A program made the position numbers and the translations under genes. A stretch of 57,733 bases of DNA, counting the filler, from Platydemus manokwari (lineage: Eukaryota): the NCBI GenBank assembly GCA_037951405.1. It is 5 parts of 5 records of this genome, joined end to end, with 100 filler letters (N's around TTAATTAATTAA, not from the genome) between each part and the next. Parts side by side here need not be neighbours in the genome. Positions count along the whole stretch, not along the records: positions 1 to 10,106 come from JBBMOY011168547.1; positions 10,207 to 25,235 come from JBBMOY011360315.1; 3 more parts are not named here. The stretch is one strand, 5' to 3'. The notes beneath the pieces are model-generated. The model had not been told where the DNA came from. It saw only the letters and a list, made by a program, of their open reading frames with translations, and made no database searches. Shown piece after piece: positions 1 through 20,429 of this stretch (positions are counted from its first letter, which is position 1; each line of letters starts with the position of its first letter).

Positions 1-731
1 TTATTATGTATAATATATGAGATACTTTGTAAATAAAACCATTTTCTAATAAACGAAATTGATTTTTACACGAATTATTTGTTATCTTTAATTATATTTT
101 CTTTCATAGGACAATGACTTGAGCTGTATTCCAATGATCTTCGCTTACATTGTCTACGCACTAATTATTACAGCTTAAGGATTTATATTTTTGTAATTTT
201 GATTATGTATGTTATTCAGGTAAATCCACGTGAAACTATACATTTTCATTTTTTTATTGATTACTTAATTATTTTCCAGACTGGAAGAACTTTTAAAGTC
301 GTTTCCAATTTGTAGGGTACAATAATAATTTTATTGGACTTTGATTTAATACAGTATAAATATTCCAACAATAATTTTATAATAAATACATTGTGAATTA
401 CCTATTTTGCTAAATTAAACCATTTTTATTTTCGTCTTCCATAATACTTTATAATTAAAAAGAACATCTATTCTGCAAATAGTTGTAGTTGTGATAATTT
501 CTTTTCCTATTAAATTCTGTTGTCCAATCTCTGAATTAACTTGATGGTACGATTGGGTTTTGTTAGAAATTATTTTTAATTTCTCAAATAAAATTCATTA
601 TTTAATTGGAAGCAAATTTATTACTGGTTTGTTCTAAGTCTGATGTTAAAACAGAATTAGTTGAATTATTTATAAGTCATTCATAAAATATCATTTTTAA
701 ATTAGATATTTTTATTATTTTATTTGGTTAG

Positions 732-7855
<7,124 letters not shown>

Positions 7856-9379
7856 ATATTTATCGAAATTATGATAATCATAGAACTGATTTTTCATTTT
7901 TAGTTAATTTTAAAAATTTTAATGATTGAAAACGTTTTTAACAATCAAATACTCAAGATTTCATCGAGTTTATATTTCAGTTAAAATTGAGGGAGACTTT
8001 AAAAATTCGAATTGCACAAACAATTTTTATTTTTATAAAACATTAACTTTTTTACCATCTTATTCGCAGCATTTCATTTCACACTTCAAAAGAATAATGT
8101 ATAAATTTATTTATATTGTATATGAATTAGCACATGACAGCTGTTAGAACATCTTTAAATTCTTAGCTTTACAACGATTGAATTTTTTAGATCTATGTGC
8201 AATATAAACATTAAATGTGCGTGACAATTAAAATTTTACTTGAATGATTCATCGAGATGTCCTATTATTCAGGATTTGTAGGACTTGGTGCAAGACAACT
8301 TACATTTTAATATATTTTTACTGAAATGTTTATTTTCAATTCAATTTTATCGTTTGAATATCTTTAAGTTATAAATATATCTTTTTAATTTATCATATGA
8401 AATAATCTTAATTTTAAATTTCTACAAATATATTTGGTGTGTAAAGTTGAATGTTTTATGTAAATAAATAATATAGTTATAATATCTAATTATATTATAT
8501 TTAAAGGTAAATATTTAGTTTTATTAAATAAAATTTGATGTTTCTGTTTGCTGATTTTATCAAATAACTATTTGTCTTAATAAAATTCTATTATACATTA
8601 TTGTTAAAAATTTAATTTTTAATTGACATTATAAATTAACCCTCTATTGAACTTTTAAACATCAAACTATGTGTGTCGACATATGACATTATTTATTTTA
8701 AATAATCTGATGAATAGATTATAAGTAGACATGTACAAAACCAGTATTAAATAATATTTATATAAAAATTAAATATTTGGTATTTAATAATTAAATGGAA
8801 AAATTTTGATTTTTCCTGGAAATGAATTTTACATAGTTGTAGGTTGAACCAAATTTTCATTTAGAAAAAAATCAAACCACTTCATGATAAGTCAATCTCA
8901 AATTTTAAAAAATATATTTTCACATAGACGATGTGGATATTTAACATTTCTTTTGGTATTACTTCATTATATTAAAGAAGAAAAATGTAATTCTGCTTTA
9001 ACCCTCACAATTTTAAATTTTTCTGCATCACGTCTGGCACGTGACATCAGGAAAGTAGCACATTTTAACGAATACTTCATTTAATTTTAAACTTAAATTT
9101 CAAAATTCTTACCTTAATAATAATGTTGGGGTTTTATGAAGATAAATGAAATTGAATCAAAATTTTGGTGTTACATGATAACAATTAATACAGTTGTGGA
9201 TTTATTTTAAAGTTATAGATACGAAATTAGTTTTCAATTTTATTCCCAACAAAATCTGCTCTTTTGAGATACGAAGGAAGTGTTTGATCACTCTTATAAT
9301 AAAAATAATAGTTTAAATATAAATAGTCAGGGTGAATATTGTCTATCCAAGATAAATTAACTAACAAGATAAATCAAAT

Positions 9380-9650
9380 TCTATGATACTCTAAAGATAC
9401 ACTTGCTAATGTGGACGAATAAGCCCTTTAGAAGTGTCCAACTTAGTGGTGAGACACTCCTGTGATTAAAAAAGAAGGCGGAGATAAGTATTGTCTTAGT
9501 AGATTTTAAATCAACCATACAGCTATCGACAATTGAAAATGTTTCGTAATAATAGTTAACTGCTTCTGAATAATAATTGAAATGCTTTGGAAATATAATT
9601 AGACTGTTTGGAAAAACAATTGCAATGCAATAAATATTTGAGGTCGTGAA
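9380..9650 (+). mobile_element. Highly degraded Gypsy-like RT fragment
   Basis: Broken frames give TPVIKKEGG..L.DFKSTI-like words resembling the Gypsy RT W-x-T-P...K...C-x-D-F-K region; many stops. Confidence 0.3.
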
Positions 9651-10106
9651 ATAAAGTGAAATCAGACTGAATTTGTTTTCACTTATATACTAATTTTGTA
9701 AGTCGCATGTGTCATGTTGTTGTGCGAATTTTTTGTCTCTTTTTGTTACTAATTTTGGCAATGCTTAAGACGTCATGAATTTCATTTATTTTCTTTTTTC
9801 TATTTTATGTATGAATTTTTTAAATTTGTGGAGATTTCGTTTCTTACGGATTGAGCGGTCTGATAATTAGCAATCTGACTCCAAGGATTGCTGATACTAG
9901 CACTCTTAATACCCTTATGACAATACAAACAACAAATTGAGGCGTATAATATTTATTAAACGTATTGCAATAAATACAAGCTGAACAACTAAATGATTAG
10001 ATGAAGAGTTGCCAGAAGATAAGATTCGGTTCTTATCCCTGAAGATGATGGGTATTGTCGGTGCCGCCTAATAGCTCGGACACAGACCCGGACCCGGTTA
10101 AAGATT

Positions 10107-10206
10107 NNNNNNNNNNNNNNNNNNNNNNNNNNNNNNNNNNNNNNNNNNNNTTAATTAATTAANNNNNNNNNNNNNNNNNNNNNNNNNNNNNNNNNNNNNN
10201 NNNNNN
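10107..10206. other. Assembly spacer (44 N + TTAATTAATTAA + 44 N)
   Basis: Identical 100-nt construct at four places; the 12-mer places stops in all six frames. Confidence 0.98.
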
Positions 10207-10434
10207 GAGTTTGAGTTGAAATGATCTAAATGTGAAAATATATAAAAAAAATTAAAATAGAATAATAATTATTAAAATTAAAATTATTTTGCCTGAAAAT
10301 AAATATTTAAACAATTTAATATTAGAAATAAATAATAAAATTAATTAAAAATAATTCAGTTTGTTTGACTGAATCATTTTATTAAAAATATAAATCAATA
10401 TCCGAAGTCGGAAATTATCATGAATTTAGCATAT

Positions 10435-11281
10435 TGTCAGGACCAAAGTACCAACTAGTGAAATTTGTGGGAAAATCGACTTTGGCCTGACTGGAAGATA
10501 GTCAATTGACGAAATGGTTTCGACCGATTTTAGGACAGAACAATATCAATTCATGGAATTGGTGGTTAACTAGCACGAGGTGGTGCAGTATAAAAGCGAA
10601 GGCACTCAATTGCTGATTGCAATAATTTTCGCCAGAAATTCAGACACAGTTGAAAAATTACAGTTTAGACTTCAAGAGAAGGAGAAGCTAGACAGACACT
10701 TGATTTAACAGAAAATTATTGGGAATTTTCAGAAATTAACAGAAGAATTCAGTTTACCAGAGTTACTAGAAACGATTTTAGTGAAGAAGTTACTACCAGA
10801 GTTGCCTGAGAGTATATTTACCAGCCAAGAATCAAATTGAATAGTGAAGTCCAAGTGTAATCAGGAAATCTCGGAATTCAAGAAACAGTTAAAATTAGGA
10901 TCAAACTTACACAAGAACAGATTATTGATTTGTTTATATTGAAAATTTATAGAATATTCGTGGACATGTTCCCGAATATTGGTATTAAGTAAAAGTAAAA
11001 TTATTTTGTAAGATATTCGTGGGCAGAGTTTCCAGAATATCGGTTATAGTATAAAGGTGATTGTGTAGTAGTAGTCCCTCGGCCAGTATTCCTAATTATG
11101 AAGCGGACCTGATCCTTATTTTATTTCTGTGACGAAACTTTAATATGGGCTCGGCCCTTGATCGTGTAAATTGAGGTTGTATACTGTTATATAAATATAA
11201 CTTAGTGTGTAACCGTTTTTTTGTTTTTGGAGTCGGATTTTTAGAGAGAACTGTTGTGTTCTACACCAGGTAGACCCAACA
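10435..11281 (+). mobile_element. Probable solo LTR
   Basis: Starts TGTCAG and ends CCAACA; GC content above flanks; TATAAAAG near 10589; no ORF; internal near-duplicate blocks ~10952-11000 and ~11011-11060. TSD poor (CATAT/TAAAT). Confidence 0.4.
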
Positions 11282-12489
11282 TAAATATCAATTTTTCACG
11301 CTGGGTTTCACTAAAATATTCCGAGAGTTGTTAAAATATAAAAAACACATGCTGATTAAATAAAATTTAGTACAATAAAATTTATGCAAATTTTATACTT
11401 ATTGGCATGAATTGTTATAAAAATTCATACAATGCTGTCCATGATTTTTAGTATGAATTAAGTGTTGGGCCAAAACCCCAACGTAATAGTATATATAAAA
11501 ATTCGTAAAGTATTCTGTGTGATTATTTTTGATAAAAATGTTGTGAGGATTAATAATTTTAAAATTTATTGGTAAATAACTGGAAAATTTTTTTAATATT
11601 TTAGCTATCCCTGATCCAGATTGAAAATCAAATCTCTCTAGAAAAAGAAATTATATTTTGTTTAAAAAATTGTATTAAGTGTTGGAATTAAATAAAATTT
11701 AAGAAAATCGATGTAATGAGTTCTTTTGTTGAAACATCAATTACAAGTGAAGTAGTCTCTACTAACAGCAATAATTAGAGTAAATCAAAGGGAGGTGTTC
11801 TCCATAACTGATTTTGGATAATAATTAGACATTTCTAAATAACGATGAACTCGATAATATGGTTTAAGGACAAGAGCAAATATAAAGCTAGCAGATAGTA
11901 CATCAAGAATCATAAGAAGAACAACAGTAAGATGGATATTGTTGGCGGTTGTTTGAATTTAACGTTTTACATTTTGGATTAGCAGGAGCGTCAGCTATCT
12001 TACAAAGATGTAAGGATTTTATATTAATTGGTGTTGATGGACATATTAATTATATTGAACAGATATTCAAGAGATTGAAGCTAGTAAATCTGAAAATAGT
12101 GAGCTAAACCAGAGGTTATGTACATTGGACATGTGATTCAAAAGAAAAATATCCAACCTAACCCTATAATAGTCGACAAAATACTAAAAGACACAGATGC
12201 TGTCCTATCGTTTCTAGGATTAGTATTGCGCATCCTATTAAAATCCAGTTAAATGAAAAATATAGTATTTCAATGGAAAAATGAACAGAAATATTAATTT
12301 CAGGAATAATATTCAGAAAAATTTCAGAAATCACAATTATTATTTCAAATAATCATCTAAGAACATGATTTAAGATCGGATATTTAATGAGTATTGTGAT
12401 GTTTATTTAAAATTTACATAAGATTAAAATTATACAAATTTGAATTAAAAGATATTTTTAAAAAATTATTGTTAAAATAAAAATATAAT

Positions 12490-14907
12490 ATTAATACCTC
12501 ATTAATTTGAACTTCAATAATCCAAAAACTTCATAATCCGAAATTTTTTATTTATTTCGTCAATTTTCAAACGTTTCCAGACAAATTTGATCCATTAATC
12601 CGAAACTTCGTGATCCGCAATTGGAAAGCTCTTTTTTGAATTAGATTTCTGATAATTTTTAAAAGTTTCTGATTAATATTGTTTAAATATTAAAGTTGTT
12701 TCCAATTTTAATTTATTTAAATTAAATATCCACTTGGCTAGAAAAAGAACCGAAATTACAATTCATCAAAAGGCAAAAATGTGTGCAATAAAGGAGCCAA
12801 AGAAAATGTCGCCGAACAGAAATTTCAAAACATAAAGAAAATTGGAAAATTGTAAAGCTCAAACACTTACACCAGACAGTCTTCTAAAATTCATTCTCTG
12901 CTTGAGAATTCATTGATCAAATTGATATCTCGAGTGGGTGCGATTAATGGTTACGTGACTGTTGAAATTATCATTACAAAAGCAAAGTAATTTGGACAAA
13001 AACTAAATGTTGATGACCTGCAATTCACCAAAGGGTATCTCTATGAATTCAAAAATCGATTTAATCTGAAATTGAAAGTTCTCCATGGAGAAGCAAATGA
13101 TGTTGATGATTCAGCCCATAGAAAAAAAATATTTGAAAAATTGACACAGAAGTTATACTCTATATGGATGAAACTGGACTTTTTTTCAAGCATTTCTTAC
13201 AAGAACGATTTCATTAAGTGAAAGAAAAAGCATAAAACAATTTAAAATTAGAATAACCATAGTTTTATGTTCAAATGCTAGTGGATCACATAAAATTACA
13301 TCCTTTGTTATCGGACATGGTAGGGAATTGGAAAAACCGAATCAATAAATAAGTAACAATATTCAAAAAATCGACTTAATTACATTTGACAATAACAGTG
13401 ATTATAATTGATGTATAATGTACTAGGTGCATAATCTAGTAAAATGTGCAATAGTTAATATACATCGTATTAAAATTTATATACTAATGTATTTGATCGA
13501 TTTTAAAAATCGTTACAGCTATTCTGTTGTAATTATTTTTGTAATAATTATTTTTTCATTTAAATATTCTAACAAATATCTGTTTTGTTGATAAATGATA
13601 ATCAATTTGAAATAATTAAATATAAATATTGACGAATATTTTATATAGAACTTATTTTAATTAGCAAATGGCAACACTTAAATATTATTTTGAATAATAT
13701 TTTATAAAATCAGGAATATTAGAGAAAAGCGTTTGATAAAAATTATAGGGAAATTAATTTAAAATGAAGCGATTAAAAATAATTGTAACAATAAACGAGA
13801 CAAGTCGTAATGATTATCTAAGACCAATGGGAAACTATATAAGGAGGTATAAACAGTTCAATCTTGCACATTCTTAGAAACCACTAAATTGAGTGTGCTA
13901 TAGTGCGTTATTCATTCGAAGATAATTTGATCCAAGAACTCATTGATCTACGACGTATTTGTTATTTGCCTGAAAGCCATTTACAGTTAACTTAAGTCAG
14001 ATAGTGTATTAACAACTGATCATTACTGTATACTTATCGAATATCATTTTATTACCGAGCTTTGACTCAAAAAACTCTCTTAAAGGTAATTGGTTTTGCT
14101 CCAAGAGTGTGGCATTTTAATTCCAGAATAGTCGTTTAAGTGTCATTTTTATTTTGTGTATAATCTTATTGTAAAATCAATTTTTATGCTTTTTATTTGG
14201 TGTTAATTTGTTGTATCAATAAAAGGTATCAATAAAGTATCAATAATGTATCCCAGTTCGTGTTTACTGATAAAAAATAGCATAAGTTGAGTGTAATAAT
14301 AATAATTGTTGAGACTGATAAATTTAATAAATTTTATAGATTATAGTTGCCGTATATATTGTCTCCATGCGTAGATAAACAATAAGAATAAGCTTTAATA
14401 CATTGTACCTCATCAATTCCCTTTCTAGAGACACACAAGAATGGGCTTGACCAAATAATGGTTGAAGAGGATATGATCCAAACAGAATAAGTCACTGATG
14501 TTGATGAAATCATTGCATTGTGTCCTGAAGAATGCACTGTTGAAGATGTTGTACTTAGTGCTGAAGATGGTCAGGTCGATGACAGTTACAACATAAGTCC
14601 AAGCAATTTATTCCACGCAATTGAAATTTTCATCAAAGCAAGTTCTTCTTCAAACAGCTTCACTCGAAAAATAACCAATGATACCAAAAAAATTTAAAAG
14701 AAGTCAAAGTTAATTTACAGAAATTCATTCAAAAGAAAACTCTACAAAAAACTTTAAAAGATTTTTTAAATAAGTAATTGTCTTCTTAATAATTTCATCA
14801 TTAATATGGCGATCATATAGGTTTTAAATTCCTTCAGATTCGAATTAATTCACAATCCGAAAGGAGATCGATTTTAAATTTTTCCGATTAATGAGGGTTG
14901 ACTGTAT
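12490..14907 (+). mobile_element. Degenerate Tigger (pogo-like, CENP-B/DDE_1) DNA transposon, interrupted
   Basis: ARKRTEITIHQK (HTH), FTKGYLYEFKNRFNLKLKVLHGEANDVD, MDETGLFF and RITIVLCSNASGSHK at 12.74-13.32 kb. C-terminal piece ending QKTLKDFLNK* at ~14.45-14.78 kb. Right end ...GATTAATGAGGGTTGACTGTA with the shared core CCTCATTAAT near 12497. Stops and frameshifts throughout. Confidence 0.8.
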
Positions 14908-16599
14908 TTATATAACGTTAAAAAATATAGTTTTTCTGAAGTCTATCAAATATACTTTAAAATGCGGTTAAATTTTACTGATTAGATTGAGAGGAAAAGC
15001 ATAATTTATCAGATATCTAAAAAAAATTATTAAAATAACTAAGGCATTCAAACAGGTTTTATCCATTGTATTTTGTTTTACGTTTAATTTAATAAGATTA
15101 AAAACACAGACGTGCAAATTGGTTCCGTCAGAATCACAAACATTAAATCCCATTAATAATTTTCCAGCCAATTATCTCGATTATTTTCAACTCGATTCCA
15201 AAATATCAAGGTTCGATTAATATCATATTAAAAATTTCGACAAAAATAACATTGGTTTTTCGAAATTTAATTATCGTTGAATGATTTCTATCAAACTCTT
15301 GCACCCATTAAATGGTTTTACATTGATGACATTCAGGAATGACAGCATATTTAGCTTGATATATTTTCGATTTTGTTTATTTTCAATAAATTTATCACCG
15401 TAATATGCATAATTAATGTCGGTACTTTAAACCATTGACAACACATGACAAGAAAGTATCTGAGAGAGTGGTTTATTACTAAAAAGTAATATGGCGAAAT
15501 TAAACGGTTCACCAGATACATATACATTTTGATGGCTTACGTCTCCCGGTTTTGTCGACAATTGAAAAACATTATCTTCCACACTTACTGGAAATATATT
15601 CTCGCATTGTAGCGTAAATAATTATGTGAATAAGAACTTCAATTAAAGAACGTAAAAATATATGTGTAATTTTATTAGAAAATTCCAAGTAATTTCGATT
15701 AGAACATTTCCGATATTCAACAAATATTTTATTCGATAAATATTTAAATTCTCCCCAATAAAATTGCAGAAAACTATTCTTTGGTTGGATTTGAAAATTA
15801 TTGTAAAATTGGAGATCATTAAATACAACGGCGTTAGTGTGTGAGTCCTTATATTAATCCTGCCTAACAAAACTAAAGTTCAAACGTGGTCTACCAAACA
15901 ATATCTTGATATACACAAACTCATCAGAAATACCTATGATTCACGAGCCTTCCAGATTCTATTTACTCGTCTTAATTTCACACTAAATGATTTACGCCCT
16001 TTTAGAAAGTAAAACACAAATACTTCAAAACCCGGATTGTAAGATTTTTGGATTAGCAACATGGATTATCAATTACTTCAGTAATTCACGGAAACAAAGA
16101 GATTCTATTGTCAATTTTGTGCTATGCTGACTTCAGTTGGAGATCTGGATTGTTTTGATAAATCTGACTAAAAAAATCAGTTATTCGGACACCAACATTG
16201 GTCTTCAGATCAGCGAACAAATCCATCACAATTCACGAAAATACAATCGATCATTATGTTGGTGATAACACACTAATAAAATAAGATAAGAATTCAGAAA
16301 TAAGTACCAAACTTAACTTTGATAAATTTATAAATTTTTTAATGAACTCTTTAAAGGCAATTGTGGAATCACTAAATGTTTTTTGAAATCCAAGGATGAT
16401 AATTGTGCGGATTTTGAGATGAGTTAAAATATTTAATTTAGATATTATATGGAATTTGTTTAAATAATTCGTATTAAATTTTGTGCCGTGGCTTTTCAGT
16501 TTGTCATTAATTCGTGCTGTATAAAATAATAGCGACTTACAACAATCACGAGGTTAATGATAAATATAATTAAGGTCATATTATAAATATTATTTGTGT

Positions 16600-17460
16600 C
16601 GACTTGTGCCCATGCCCAAGTGTTGAATAAAATGACTATGGATTCAGATCCACGTGATAGAGAAACAAGAATTTGGTCTGTCGGTAGGTTTTTGTAGGTA
16701 TTTCAAATTAATAATTCAACATACCATCTCAACCCAGACATTAGCTGGTATATTAGCCGTGTGATTTGTCCCTTAATGGTTTGAACGAGTTGGTTGATTT
16801 TTCTCATTCTCTGCGTTGGTCGGCACCTATTTACAAAATATGACTCTGGCGTTGTTTGTTTCCTTTCTTTTCATTATTTCTTGTGCTCTCTCTTCAGATT
16901 ATATTTATGAACCCATTACGGTTATCTATTTTGGGAACCATTTATTAATCTATTTTCCGATTTTCATAACGATAAATTTCAACTGCTTATGCGGTGCCAA
17001 GTCTCATGTTTTCCAGGATAAATCCATAAAATATTAAGTAAGATGCATATCTTGATTATGAATCATCAATATTTTATGCTCCTGGTTATATCATGAGCTA
17101 TTTGAGGACACCATTAAAGCATTTTGAATGTTATCTTCTGATCAACAGCCGCACTTTTCAAATTGAAGGCAATCTGAACTCACTGACTTTGAGAGAATGA
17201 TCAATTAATAGGATCAGTTACTCATCCATGATTTGTTTGGTTTCTCATTTATTGAATTCACGAGTTATTTACCCTGAAGCTGTGGAAGCATACAGTTCAA
17301 TAAATATTTTGATCTGATTTCATTTTAGAACGATATGGATTATATCATGGGTTTATCAAGTTGTTGCTAAGATATTGATTTAGAGTATGAAATTAAATGG
17401 CAGAAATGAGTCAATGTTTTGTTACAGTGCTTGAGATGAATGTCTTATTATTTTGATTAT
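16600..17460 (-). mobile_element. Degraded LTR-retrotransposon integrase-like relic
   Basis: Minus strand gives NQLVQTIKG-like words resembling the integrase E-helix; no intact ORF. Confidence 0.25.
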
Positions 17461-17664
17461 GTTTATAATGTGTGGGGGAATTTACCCCATCCGTACAAAT
17501 AATTCTTATATTTGTTTGAGTGTCTTTAGAGATTGTTATGAAAAAAATGTCAATATAATGATAATCGAAACTATATTTGCAAACAATATTACAACAGGTT
17601 TTAATAATAATACTTATAATAATATTAACTATAATTATAATAAAAATAAAAATTAAAAAAAAAA

Positions 17665-17721
<57 letters not shown>
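17665..17721 (+). repeat. (AAT)19 microsatellite
   Basis: Perfect AAT run following a poly-A stretch. Confidence 0.97.
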
Positions 17722-17722
<1 letters not shown>

Positions 17723-19310
17723 GAAATCTTTAAATGTATATACAATAGTAATTTTAAGTGAAGTAAAAGAGTTAAGCGAGCTTGATTCGAGGAATCCAGG
17801 TTATAGCAATTGCAGAATTAATTTTAAAATAAAGTAATATTTGAAAACAAATCCTGACATATGGTAAAAATAATGTATTGTATCACGTAAGTAAGTGAAT
17901 TGACAAATTGATCACTTTAGAGACTAATGGACGCTGAAGAAGCACAGTTGATCTAAAATAACGAAGATAATAATTATATTCAAAATGAAAGCGAAATTGC
18001 TAGCCCTCAACAACCATATCGACATATTATTAAGAGCCATATCTGATTGGCAATTGCCTAAAAGAACCATTCACATTATGAGAAACTTTTTCTAATGAAA
18101 GAAATTTTATTTGACGCCCTATAGAGAGCGATGCAACATGGCCCAATAGTATAAACAGAATATACCGGAAGCAGAATAAACCATCGGCAGACCATGAAAG
18201 TATAGGCAAGGAAAAAAAACTTCCTGAAGCAGAACGCTTTAAAATATATTATAAAGGATCGATGTATAATAAATTTAACAAGCACAGTGGCTGATGCACA
18301 GAAAGTTTAGTAAAATAAGGAGATTAATCCATTTTGATGAAGCAAGTATAAGATACTCAATTAGATCCAAACAAAGTTACCATCATATGAACCAATTATT
18401 CATTCATATATGCTCCAAAAATCATCATTCTGCAATCATTAGTAACATTTAATGAAATAAAGTTGTAAATGGAAAAGTATTTTGTATTTTTACCATTAAC
18501 ACTAGATTGAATTTAAAAATGATGTTCTAAATAAGAAAAATTAATTTTTTTATATTTTATTTATATTTTTTTTTATATTTTATTTATATATATTGTATTT
18601 TTTAAAAACGATAGCATAAAAGCATCGTACAGAATAAGTAAAAAAATATTTTAGAAATAGTAGTATATTATTTGATCTCGTAGTGGTTCACGAAGAACCA
18701 TTAGTAGTTGTAATGATTAAGTGTGGTAAAATCAGAAAAGCCAACGCGATAAACAAAATAATTATAAAATTATGAATATAATAAGTGGCAGCAATAATTA
18801 TCGAGAAATGCATTTGTTTAAAAAAGGAGAGCAGCAACCGTCGATTGATATTACAAAAAGGTTAAAAAGAGAAGCGAAAACGGAGCGTGCAACTTCATCA
18901 AAACATAATACGGCAGCCTCCGGATATTATTTGCAGTGTATAATTAAATATTGAAATTCCTCTATTCAATAACTCACAAACAAACCATAACTTTATATTA
19001 TAAATCTAGGCATAAAGTGAATGCATATAAATATCCTGGTCTTTAAATATAGATAGTATATCGGAGATTTGTGCAGTCATTACTTCAATATCAGGTAATC
19101 TTAAGCGCGATTCATTATTTTCTTCAATTTTCAAAGCTTAATCCTTATAAATAAATATTGAATATTCTCATCAATCAATGCTGAAATCAATAATATTTTC
19201 ATTTAATGTAATTCAAGTGAAAGCGAAAGGTTCTTTTTATTATTTTTTCTATGAAATTTAAAATAAACTATGATTAAGTAAGCTAAGATTCAACTATTAA
19301 TTAAAAATAA

Positions 19311-20429
19311 CTATAAATAAATTGCCAAGAAATATAAATAGAGAAAATAGGAAATACATTTAATTTTATTTAAAAATTTACTGAAAATTTTGTTTTGTTT
19401 CTTTTTAATAATTGCTTCGAATTTTTGAAACTTACATTTGTAAGTCGAAACATTTACTTTCTTCCATTGATAATATGAATCGACCAGCCAATCAAAAGTA
19501 ACATTGCTTAAATGCTGATATTTTTTAAAATCATCATAATATCCATTTATAGAAACATTTACACACGATGAAAAATGTTCTCTTTCTTCTCCTCCGAGAC
19601 ATGCAACTAACTCCGAACCTGTCATTGAGTGACACTGATAATTTTTATAATTTTTATTAGCGAAATATATTATCGTATCTTTCAATATGGTAGATCTTTT
19701 AAACTTCATTATTTGCCTAATATCGGGGATTATTGTATTTGTTGGACTCTTAAGCCGCAACATATCGAAGCTTTTGAAGAATTCATGATGAATATCTTCT
19801 AAAACATTTTGTAGTATATACAGATAATTATCTTCAGTCTCTATTTCATTTAATAATTGTTTTATTTTTATTTTTATGAGATCTATTCGAAATAAAGAAG
19901 AAATTTTAACTATATTTTTCACTGATGAAAGACATTGAAAAGGTTTGATATGAACAACTGATGCACAATGGTCCCATACATCAAGTCTATCATCTAAAGA
20001 AATAACCATGTTGTCATAAAAAGGAAACATATTTCTTTTTGTTTGGGCTTTATCAAAGTTATCAACAATATTTTCTTTAGTAATAATTCTTGAACCAAAA
20101 TATTTTTGTTTGGGATCAAATATTTTTAAACACTCTTCGACATAATCTCTTGATCCTAATGACATCAAATGTAATTCAAAAATTTTATCCATATTAGACA
20201 AAAAATCGTCTAAATGTGGTCTTTTTATTACGCAATAGTAATCCGCAACACCATCATCAATGAAGTTGAAGTAAGAAAACTTTTGATAATCATCTTTCAC
20301 ATCAAATGATTTCAAACTAGAGCTTGATATCAATGTTTCATCTAAGTCACAAATTAGAATAATTTTTCGTTTTTGGAGCAGATTTAAAAAGTATGTGTGT
20401 TTGTAAACCATTTTAGTTTCCTTAACCAT
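19311..20429 (-). CDS. FCP1/CTDP1-like RNA polymerase II CTD phosphatase (HAD fold + degenerate BRCT), intronless ORF, 372 aa
   Basis: DLDETL (DxDxT), KRPHLDDFL, DPKQKYFGSRIIT, ISLDDRLDVW, the FCP1-type linker DNYLYILQNVLEDIHHEFF...PDIRQIM, and BRCT-like LGG...VTFDWLVDSYYQWKKV. True start may lie slightly upstream. Confidence 0.88.
   Translation of the reverse strand: MVKETKMVYKHTYFLNLLQKRKIILICDLDETLISSSSLKSFDVKDDYQKFSYFNFIDDGVADYYCVIKRPHLDDFLSNMDKIFELHLMSLGSRDYVEECLKIFDPKQKYFGSRIITKENIVDNFDKAQTKRNMFPFYDNMVISLDDRLDVWDHCASVVHIKPFQCLSSVKNIVKISSLFRIDLIKIKIKQLLNEIETEDNYLYILQNVLEDIHHEFFKSFDMLRLKSPTNTIIPDIRQIMKFKRSTILKDTIIYFANKNYKNYQCHSMTGSELVACLGGEEREHFSSCVNVSINGYYDDFKKYQHLSNVTFDWLVDSYYQWKKVNVSTYKCKFQKFEAIIKKKQNKIFSKFLNKIKCISYFLYLYFLAIYL

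Noticed and set aside
10151-10162. TTAATTAATTAA repeated four times as a biological motif (piggyBac TSD or regulatory site)
   Set aside because: Always centred in exactly 44+44 N, so it is an artificial linker.
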